This document shows, one piece after another, positions 49,974-59,200 of a stretch of DNA of 64,000 nt (the first letter of the stretch is position 1; every line of letters begins with the position of its first letter). The translations under genes and the position numbers were made by a program. Location of the stretch: contig CAWGAA010000003.1 in NCBI GenBank assembly GCA_963820525.1, positions 160,001-224,000 of the forward strand, in the 5' to 3' direction. The stretch comes from an uncultured Spirochaetota bacterium (GTDB lineage: Bacteria; Spirochaetota; Spirochaetia; SZUA-6; Fen-1364). The notes beneath the pieces were generated by a model. That model was not told the DNA's origin. It ran no database searches and saw nothing but the letters and a program-made list of their open reading frames with translations.

Positions 49974-51620
49974 GTGGTGAACGAAAAACTGGGAGAACTA
50001 CCGAACAACGTCGAACAGCTGCACGAGCTGGTTCGACGGATTGTCAGGGAGCACGATGAAGAGCTCGCTCGACTGCAGGCCGAGTTGGAGAAGGAGCGCA
50101 GCGAACGAATCGAGCACCAAAACAAGGCCATAGAGCATTTCGAAGAGCTGCAGCTTCTGCGGCGCAAGCTCTTTGGCCGCAGCGCCGAGAAGCTATCCGA
50201 GGAGGAGCAAAAGCAGCTTCTTCTTTTCAACGAGGCGGAGGATATCGTATTCAGCCAACAACAGGAGCCTGCCGCCGAGGAGCGCATTGAGGTAAGGGCG
50301 CACACGCGGGTGAAGCGGGGCAGAAAGCCGCTGCCGCCTGAGCTTCCCCGTGTGGAGATGGTCCACGACATAAGTGAAGAAGACAAGAAATGTGCCTGCG
50401 GACAGGAGCTTACACGTATCGGAGAGGAAAGCCTCGAGAAACTTGAGGTCATCCCGCCCCAGATACGGGTACGGCGGCACCTGAGACCCCAGTACGCCTG
50501 CAAGGCCTGCGAAGGCTCCGGGGATGAGGACCGTCCCGCGGTGCGGATCGCCCCGGCGGTGAGGCAGCTTCTTCCCAAGAGCATCGCCTCACCGGCACTG
50601 GTGGCCTACATAATGACGGCGAAGTTCTGCGACGCCCTGCCGTTCTACCGCCAAGAGAAGCAGTTTCAGCGCATCGGAGTAGATATCAGCCGCCAGGACA
50701 TGGCCAACTGGAGCATCGCGGTATTCCATAGGCTTGCGCCGGTTATCGAGCTACTTCGAGCAGAGATTCGAAGAGGCCCGCATGTAGGAATCGACGAGAC
50801 GACCCTTCAGGTGATGGGGGAGCCGGATCGCCCCAATACTTCAAAGTCGTATATGTGGGTGTTCCTGGGAGGCAGTCCGAAAAGACCCGTGGTTGAGTTT
50901 CAGTATCATCCCACACGATCCGGTAAGGTTCCCCTTGAGGCTCTGCGGGGTTACAACGGCTTCATCCAGACTGATGGCTATGACGGATATAACGAAGTGG
51001 GAAGCCAACCCGGAGTCATTCACGCGACCTGTTGGGCGCACTCGCGTAGAAAGTTCTTCGAGGCCAAGGAGGCATCCAAGCAGGCGGGAAGTGTCGATGA
51101 GGCCCTGGCACGAATCGATGCTCTGTTCAGGATCGAGCGGACCTTAAGAGCTCAAGAGCTTTCACCGCAGGAGTTCGTCCGCCAACGGCGAGAGCAGGCC
51201 GAACCCGTGTTGGAAAAGCTCAAGGCGTGGCTTCACAAGCGTCAGGGGCAGGTTCCCCCGTCTCTGCTTCTGGGCAAAGCGATCGCCTACACCATCGAGC
51301 AGTGGCCCAAGATGATTCGGTACCTGGACAGTCCCGATTTGGGTCCGAGTAATAACGCGGTCGAGCAGGCGATACGGCCGTTTGTGGTGGGAAGAAAAAA
51401 TTGGATGCTATCTGGGAGCCCCGCGGGCGCCGAAGCCAGTGCGGGGTGGTACAGTATCATCGAGACGGCCAAACTGAACGGCGTGGAGCCCTACCTATAT
51501 CTTCGCTACATTCTCTCGCGGCTTCCTGAGAGCGACAACCCTGAGGATTATCGTGAGCTGCTTCCCTGGAATGTTCCACGCGAGTCTCTGCTGAACTTTG
51601 ATTCCGGTCATTTGTTCTGA
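49974..51620 (+). CDS. tnpC: IS66 DDE transposase TnpC
   Basis: LFGRSAEK, KFCDALPFYRQ, IDETT, QTDGYDGY, CWAHSRRKF, NNAVEQAIRP, SIIETAKLNG. Confidence 0.96.
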   Translation: MVNEKLGELPNNVEQLHELVRRIVREHDEELARLQAELEKERSERIEHQNKAIEHFEELQLLRRKLFGRSAEKLSEEEQKQLLLFNEAEDIVFSQQQEPAAEERIEVRAHTRVKRGRKPLPPELPRVEMVHDISEEDKKCACGQELTRIGEESLEKLEVIPPQIRVRRHLRPQYACKACEGSGDEDRPAVRIAPAVRQLLPKSIASPALVAYIMTAKFCDALPFYRQEKQFQRIGVDISRQDMANWSIAVFHRLAPVIELLRAEIRRGPHVGIDETTLQVMGEPDRPNTSKSYMWVFLGGSPKRPVVEFQYHPTRSGKVPLEALRGYNGFIQTDGYDGYNEVGSQPGVIHATCWAHSRRKFFEAKEASKQAGSVDEALARIDALFRIERTLRAQELSPQEFVRQRREQAEPVLEKLKAWLHKRQGQVPPSLLLGKAIAYTIEQWPKMIRYLDSPDLGPSNNAVEQAIRPFVVGRKNWMLSGSPAGAEASAGWYSIIETAKLNGVEPYLYLRYILSRLPESDNPEDYRELLPWNVPRESLLNFDSGHLF

Positions 51621-51999
51621 ATAAAGCAGGAGCGCACCCCCTCGGCGTCCGAATTCAGGGGTGGGGTTTATTTGACGGTTACGCAGGAAGTAGACAGAAC
51701 CACGTTCTGTCTACCCGCAGGGGCGGCCGTATGGCAAATGCTGCCAACCGAATCAAAGAACATCAGCGGACACGGCCATCAAGCGGCGAGGCCATGGAGG
51801 GCCGAGCCGTGTCACATATGAAATCCGCCCCGAAGGGCGAGCGAGGGCTTGAGTTCAGCGCGGACTTCCGATAACGGCCGGCGTTATCGGAAGTCGCGCG
51901 GTACTCCCAGGAGCCGCGCAAGCGGCTCCACCCAGGCAGAACTCAAGCCCGAAGCCGCTTCCTGCCCCGGACTTGCTAATGGTTAGTGTCGGAGTCACC

Positions 52000-53283
52000 T
52001 CAGTTCGTCGGTGGCCAGATGAGTGTACCTTTGGCGTTGACGTAACCCACCTTCATTGCAGTACCATTTCCTAACATTATTCGAGCAACACCGTTCTTGA
52101 AAGGCGAAACCGAATCATACAATGAAGGGACCACCGTCTTTCCTTTCTTATCGATGAAGCCATACTTGCTCTGACTACCACTCCTCACCCTGAAGTCTGA
52201 CAGTCCCTCCGAGTAGCCTCCCAGTCTATACGCCTGCATCTCAAAGAGCAGTGCGCCATTTTTGTCGATAGCACCCCACTGGGTACTTCCTTTTTTATCA
52301 GTCGTTGTCACTATGGCTACCCCATTGGAGTATCGGTCCACGCTGGAGTATGGAAGCCTTACTTTCACGAACCCTCTTTCATCAATTAGTGCGTATTGCT
52401 CAGTTTTGCCCTGTTGGTAGCTGACAACGGCTATACCATCATCGTAGCGATCGATTCTGTCATACTTCGGGACAACGATCATCTTCCCCTGTTTGTTGAT
52501 AAGCCCGAACTTGCCTTCTCTTTTAACAATTGCTAATCCATTCGGCTGAAAAGAATCACAATCCTCGAACTGCAGTCGTATGATCTCATGGCCAGATGTA
52601 TCAATATAGCCCCATTTCCCGTTGAGCGAGACTGTAGCGGTTGCATCAGCGAAGTATCCACAGTAGTCATATTTCAGTGGAATCACGACCTTACCTATTT
52701 TGTCGATGTATCCGCTCTTTCTGTTCTTCGTAACGGGAACCAACCCACTCCGGAAGCCATATCCGATTACAGGGTCGTTTGAATGCTGCCAAGCATTGTT
52801 GAGATCATATTCATACTGGGGTTCTACTACTATCCTTCCACCCAGATCGATGAAGCCATACTTGCCACCGGTCACGATGCAGGCCATCCCTTCGAAGAAA
52901 GGAAACACTTGGTCAAATTGGAACTCACCGACAGGGTTACCGCTCAAGTCGATATAACCCCATCGGTCGCCTAGCTGCACCTCTGCCCGTCCTTCCTTGT
53001 AGTTGCCTACCGCGCTATATATGGGATCAGCAACAAGCCGACCCCCGTCATCTATGAACCCCCATTTTCCGTTCAGCTGGACTCCAGCTCTATTCTCGTG
53101 GAATGGATATACTTTTTCAAAGGTTGGCTCAATCACGACTCCGCCAGTAGCGTTTATGAACCCAGCGCGTCTGTTCTTTGTTATAGGCAGGTAGACATCA
53201 CTTTTGAGAGCAGTGGCTTCCGCTACTAGCGGCACAGTTCCAGCCAAAAGGAGTAGCAGTGCGATCAGTCGTCGGCTCTTCAT
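52000..53283 (-). CDS. Secreted WG-repeat protein, candidate immunity protein
   Basis: Signal peptide; repeated KWGFID/KYGFID/RWGYID..G...I..(F/Y)....F.EG; low GC; directly downstream of the RHS gene. Confidence 0.88.
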   Translation of the reverse strand: MKSRRLIALLLLLAGTVPLVAEATALKSDVYLPITKNRRAGFINATGGVVIEPTFEKVYPFHENRAGVQLNGKWGFIDDGGRLVADPIYSAVGNYKEGRAEVQLGDRWGYIDLSGNPVGEFQFDQVFPFFEGMACIVTGGKYGFIDLGGRIVVEPQYEYDLNNAWQHSNDPVIGYGFRSGLVPVTKNRKSGYIDKIGKVVIPLKYDYCGYFADATATVSLNGKWGYIDTSGHEIIRLQFEDCDSFQPNGLAIVKREGKFGLINKQGKMIVVPKYDRIDRYDDGIAVVSYQQGKTEQYALIDERGFVKVRLPYSSVDRYSNGVAIVTTTDKKGSTQWGAIDKNGALLFEMQAYRLGGYSEGLSDFRVRSGSQSKYGFIDKKGKTVVPSLYDSVSPFKNGVARIMLGNGTAMKVGYVNAKGTLIWPPTN

Positions 53284-53293
53284 CCGCCATCCC

Positions 53294-56200
53294 CTATTTC
53301 GTTGCTTTGTAGGGCGGAGTGAATATGAGGAAATAATCCGCATCCCTCCCAGATCGACCCGTGATAAAGGCTTCCGTTGCGACGAACCACTTGGTCGCAT
53401 CGGCTTTCCAAATGCCGGCGGTTGCCGGGTCTTTATTATTCGGGTCGATGCCCCCACCTCCAATAAGTGTATCTCCGTTGGTTTGGCTTCCTACTACCCA
53501 TGCAGAATGCCCATGAACAGCAGTAGCCGATGTGTTCCATATTTCAGCAACCGTATATCCCTTGTTTTGGTATACCTTTGCTTGCGACTCTGTTTCCACT
53601 TCCCGAATTACATTCCTCATTGTTGGATCTTGAGCCATCCTGTTGTACTCATCATATCGCTCCGCTGAGCTGCGCATACCTCGGAGCCTGGGATCTATCT
53701 GTATCTTCTGGCCAACCTGCTCAAACGCAGTCCCGCATGTCCACTTGTCCTCAGCCGTGCTACTTATGTTCTCGGCCTTGTTGGCAACATCGCTGATAAC
53801 ATCAAGAAACTGGGCGGGATTTGAGAACGTTGGAGCCGGCATGCTGTCACGACTCACGAAGTTCGCCATAGCGTCTTTAGCATCGATAAATCTATCCCAT
53901 ACCGCCTTCACCGCCTTCTCCGTTCCTCTCTTGAGCGTTCCTCCAATCTTCCTCGCTTCTCCATAGATGTCCTTGAAACTCAACAGTCCCGTGGGATCCG
54001 TGTACGCCATCGGGTTATTGTTGACGTAGGCATACCAATTGTTTCCATCCCGTGCCGGGTCCTCGGTAATGAATCTTCCGAGTTGTGGGTCATACCATCT
54101 GGCGTTGGTGTAATACAGGCCTGTATCCGGATCCAGCTCGCGGCCTGTGTACAGGGCTTTGAAATCAATCGACCCGTTGCTCCTCGAAATCTCTCCAAAA
54201 GCCTCATACTCGGCATCCCAGACGATTTTCCCGGAACTATCGGTGACCACATTGGTCGTCCCTTCGTGATCGGTGTGGTGCCAGTAAATAGTGGTGGTTG
54301 TTCCCGAGGTACGCACTTCCGCCCAGATCTGCCCCAGGACTTCAATATACTTCCTCTGTTGGATTCCGTCTTCAGTCCAGAGCAGATCTCCGGACAGGTC
54401 ATATTGGTAGTAGCTTACGGTGGAACCTTTAGTTGTCTGAATCCTCAAGTCACGGATATTGTAAGCGTAGCGGGCGGCTGTCTTGATTCCGTTCGCTCCC
54501 TGAAGCGAGTGATCCACTTGGATCAGGCGGTTCTTCAGGTCATAGGAGTATTGCCAGACCTCTCCTTGGGCTTCATCCCAGGTGAATCTATCGGTTGTAG
54601 AATCCCATGTTCCTTGGTTCCCGCGCGAGGTCAGATTACCGTTCGCGTCGTAGTTGAATGCCCAGCTTCCCGCCTGCTTGATGCGGCTTGAGCCGGGGTA
54701 ATAAGAGTATTCCGTGTTGTTTGTGTAGCTTCCTTTCGCATCGTATTCCGTGAGCCTATTCCCCAAGGCATCGTAGGTCCAGGAGGTCATATGGCCGTTG
54801 ACTGTGAACCAGACCTGGATGAGCTTGGATGGAGAATCGGCGATTGTAGAATTATCGATTGCCCTGTTAGAGCCGTCTCTTTCGTCCCATGTCATATGGA
54901 CCTTCACGAATTGGGCCTGGTGGGAGTCTTTTAGCTGCAGCGTCACCCCTGTTTCATCTTGCATCCACGTAGTGTCGGTGACCTTTGACCAACTCACAGA
55001 TGTTCCCTCGTTGCTTGTATACAATTCCACGGTTCGGGGGCTAATTCTAGGGCTGACACCTACGAGCCTGACTTTGTTGACATTCCTCGAGGTTTGGAGA
55101 TTGATGCCAACACTCGATGCATGATAGTCCAGCTTGACAGGTGTGGCGGAAGCAGTGTAGCTGAGGGAGTTTCTGCCGGCCACGTCGCGCTCGCGTCTTC
55201 CATAGTCAAGTCCGCCTATATCTTTACTATTTACCTCAAACTCACCATCTTCATTAACAAGGACCAACCGGTTGAGCTTATCGTAGCCGTATGAGCTGTT
55301 ATGCCCTTCCTTTACGAGGTTAATGAGGTTTCCTCGATTGTCCCACGCCAGAGCCCGGGAGGTTTTTTCAGAAATGTGCCAGTCATACCCATCGAGTGTC
55401 CCTCGGATCGGATCCCAACTCTTCGTCCTCTGTGTTCTGTTGGTGGCGGAAAGGCTTGTGAGTCTTCCCATGAAGTTGTACAGGCCGCCAGTGGCATAGC
55501 TGGGGACATCCGTTAGCTGTCCAAGACCATTATAGAGGTAGCTTATAGTAGAATTGTCAGGGTATGTGATACTCGTCACGTTATGAGCGTTGTCATATGT
55601 ATAGGAGACACTGAGATTCTTTGAGCCGATAGAGGTGCTGTAGCTATTAATCAAATCGTAGGGGTCAGGGACATACGTCGTCCCCGTCCAGTTTATCTGG
55701 GTGAGCACGCTGCCCTCGGTTGCGGACTTCAGGGACCCTGCGGCGTCGTAGCTCCAGGATTCGCTTACGAAACGGCTGCCGTTGGAGAAGCTCTTTGAAA
55801 TGATCCGTCCCGCGTTGTCATAGCTGCTTGTCACAGTGGTCTGGTTGGGATCCATTGCCTGGATCACGAGGCCCCGCGAGTCATAGCTGAAGGCCCACTG
55901 TTGGCCCAGATTGTTCTGCTCGTAGACAAGCTCTCCGTATTGGTTGTATCCACGCACCCATACCTGATTTCCGTTCTGGGGGTTTCCGAGCATGCTTTGA
56001 ACGGGCTCTGCCCAGACATCGTAAACGGTACTCGTGACGTTGTTGTCGGGGTCGGTCACGGAGGTTGGCTTATTCAGGCTGTTGAAAACAGTATTGGTAG
56101 TATAGTCCATGGCGTCGGTGGTGCTAGTGGCACGGCCCAGGAGGTCCAGCCCCAGGTGCTCTTCTCTTCCGTCGGGGAAGTAAATATCGGTGAGACGGTT

Positions 56201-59200
56201 CAGACTGTCATAGATTTTTGCAGTCACCAAGCCGGAGCTCAGCTCGGGTTTGGCCGTATTCAGGCTTGACACGACGATTTCCCTGACCGGGTTTCCCTTG
56301 GCGTCATAGCCCCAGGCCGTGACGATGGGCCCTGTGCCGTCTGAGCCCGTTATGCTTTGGCTGGTCTTGCGATTACGTGGATCATATGTCCACACAGTCG
56401 CTTTGCCCGCCGGATCAATCTGCTCGACCGCGTTTCCACGAAGGTCGTAGGATATCTGCACCTTCCCGCGCGGCTGCCCGGCTACCGGTGGCAGATCCGC
56501 CAGCACGAGCCTGTCAAAGTCGTTATAGGTGTAGTTCAAGGTGAAGCTGTCTGAAACCGAGGGATCGGGATTGGATCTTGGGTCCTTCATCTGGGTCTTT
56601 CGATCCTTGAGATCGTAGCGGTATCGAACAACACCGCCCGTGGGATCGGTCTCACTTGTCACCTGGTTCCGGCTGGAGTAGCTCGTCAAGCTTATTCCCT
56701 GGATCCCGTCCAGGTCCAAGTTATTGCTCTTGATCGACTCGACAACAAGCGGATCGGCGTGCTTGACAAGGTTTCCTGCGGCATCGTACCAGCTCCACTC
56801 CTCACGAGTTCCCACGGTCTTCTTGATCGTTCTTCCAGCCGTGTCGTAGGTGAAGTCGGTCGAGCGGTAGTTGCCGGGGTGCCCTGTCTGCTGCCTAATG
56901 GCCTGCCCGGCATCATCGAAGAGGGTGATCTCAGTGGGCACTACGCTGGTAAGGGATACTGTTGGGAGACTTGAGGAAGCGCTGGACGGGCTTTGCCAGA
57001 CATCGACCGGGGGATGGCGCACCTCCCTGGGCTTACCGAAGGGGCTGTACCACGTGACCGTCTTTTGTCCCAGTGGGTCGACAACCGCGACAACCTCTTC
57101 AAGGCCGTTGTAGTATGTTTGCGTGACAGCATTGATCCCGCTTGGGTCCACAATTTTGGTTTGGGTATTGCCCTTCCACGTCACCCATTCCTGGGTGATG
57201 ACCCTGCGCTCATCCGTTGTTGTTTTAAGGTTTTGCGAGTCGTCGTATACGGTGCTGATATGAGCGCCGTCGGGATAGGATATCAGTGAAGGCCTTCCCT
57301 TGGCATCGTATCCATAGATGGTTGTATGACCGTTTGGATCCGTCACCGATGCGACATCTCCCCAGGGACTATAGGTCACGAGCGTCTTGCTATCTTCGAC
57401 AACGGCAAGAGTAACAAGAGCGCCGTTCTTAACGCGCAAATAGTTGAACTTGTCAATTTGGATCAATTGGCCAAGGTTGTCGTACCTATACACTTCGGCT
57501 GCTTTTCCTGGAGCATTGTTCGCACCAGAGCTGAAGGAAGATTTATATACGGTGGCGGTCAGCGCGGTATCGTTGTAGACAATATGGTCCCACGGTGAAT
57601 TGGTATGAGTTACATTCCAGCTTCCCGGGCTCAGCGGAGCTTCTTCTCCGGCTCTGATTGTGTCCGTGGCCCTACCCAGCTTGTCGTAGCCGTATTCCGT
57701 GACGTATCCCCTGCTGTCTTTCTCGTAGAGCTTCCAGCCGCTCCGCCAATCCGTGACGGTTTCACTGACAACATTCACGCCGTTGCCGGTGGGGTCTGCC
57801 ACGTTTTGAACGGTCTGTGTGGCGATGAAAAAGTCCTTCGAGGACCGGGTGAAGTCGTATTCCCAAACCGTCTTCTGGTCCGGGTTTGGGCCTATCTTGC
57901 TCTTGACCATGCCTGAGGAAAGCAAGCCCGTATCGGTGAAGTATTCGTAGTCCGTCCTTGCCCAGTGGTCTCCCAGCCACAGCCCTTCTGATTTCTTGAG
58001 GCCGTAGGAGTTATAGAGATACTGTTGGGCCCGCTCATCGAAGCCGCCGCCGGCTTCAGCGGGACGGTAGCCGCGAACAAACGTGCCCTTGAGAAGATCG
58101 TGTATCTCGCCATTGCTCAATGTTTCATCGGCTCCAAGGGAAGGCAAAGCCCATACCGAAGGTGCGGAAGATCCGCTGTTCAGGTACCACATCCACTTCT
58201 CGCACTTGTTCTCCCTTCCATTTGCGACACTATCTTCCAAGACATAAGTCTGGTTCCCCCAGCTATCGTATTGGAACGCATTAGAAGAACGAGCGCCCGA
58301 TCCGCGGATTGTGGTCGAAGCGGTGATGCGGTGATGCGTTGTATCCCAGGTATTGGACACCGATTCAAACATGCTCCCGCTCGATGCGTCGTAGGTGCTT
58401 GAGCCGGATTGAAGGGTTGAAACTTCGTTCACAGTCAGCCCTTCGGAGGAAAAGTATGACTGAAGAACGGAAGTGAGGTAGTCATCCCAACTAATGAATC
58501 GGTTGCGTGAGTGCACAATCGTCATGAAATCCTGAACGGTTTTCAGTCGCCCATTATTGGTTGTTGCCCGACTCACATAGAACTGGTACTCCCTGGAGCT
58601 CCAGTCATAGGAATAGTAAGTGTTTTGCACCACCCCGGTGCTGCTCGTCACTTTGACATGGTCCGTGGCCAGCCGATAGATAATATCGTAGCTGAACTTG
58701 ATCGCTGTCGGGATCAAGCCCAAGAACCAATCATCCAATTCAGACTTGAACTGCGTCAGATCCATAGCAGCTACATTGACCTCCGTGGTTCCGATTCCCG
58801 GAGCGACGACCTTGCTTATTGTGTAGGGGAAATTGAACTCGATATGCCCACTTAAGGTCAAAGTGCTTATTCCCAAGAGCGTATTGACAAATCCACATCC
58901 GGGTATTAGGTCAAAAATAAGGGCCAAAAAGTTTATCTTCACACTGCCGCCACCGGCCACCAGGCATCTGCGGTCATATGTGAAGCTGGAGATTCTGCCC
59001 GCCGGATCCGTTGAAGAGACTAGTGTGGGCAAGAAATTGAAAAGATACCACAGATCGCTTGAGGCATCCCAATCGTAGTCATAGTTCACTGTCCGGTTCT
59101 GGCCTTCAAAGCCGGAAGTGGAGATATTGGTAATGACAGGCTTCAAAAAGATAGCCACATTTGGAGGCATATCGTACTGGAAGTTGACTTTCCTCCCCAT

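Larger units (their letters stand above)
49168..51682 (+). mobile_element. IS66 family insertion sequence (2,515 bp)
   Basis: Perfect 23-bp TIRs GTAACCGTCAAATAAACCCCACC (49168-49190 / 51660-51682); 8-bp TSD GCAGGAAG (49160-49167, 51683-51690); tnpA-tnpB-tnpC. Confidence 0.97.
49150..51976 (-). repeat. Structured non-coding element, copy B (~305 nt without the IS: 49150-49159 plus 51683-51976)
   Basis: Same order of stems as copy A on the minus strand; 33-bp block at 51781-51813; closing stem 51958-51976 pairs with 49150-49167 across the IS66. Confidence 0.78.

Noticed and set aside
48911..51813. 33-bp inverted repeats as ends of a composite transposon around IS66
   Set aside because: They are internal blocks of two longer homologous elements, have no flanking TSD, and the IS has its own TIRs and TSD.
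51864..51894. Chromosomal dif site
   Set aside because: Symmetric arms with a 9-nt spacer and no XerD arm (TTATGTTAAAT-like).
51905..51935. Group II intron domain V (GAGCCG...)
   Set aside because: A simple 8-bp hairpin without the D5 bulge or D6, and no RT gene.
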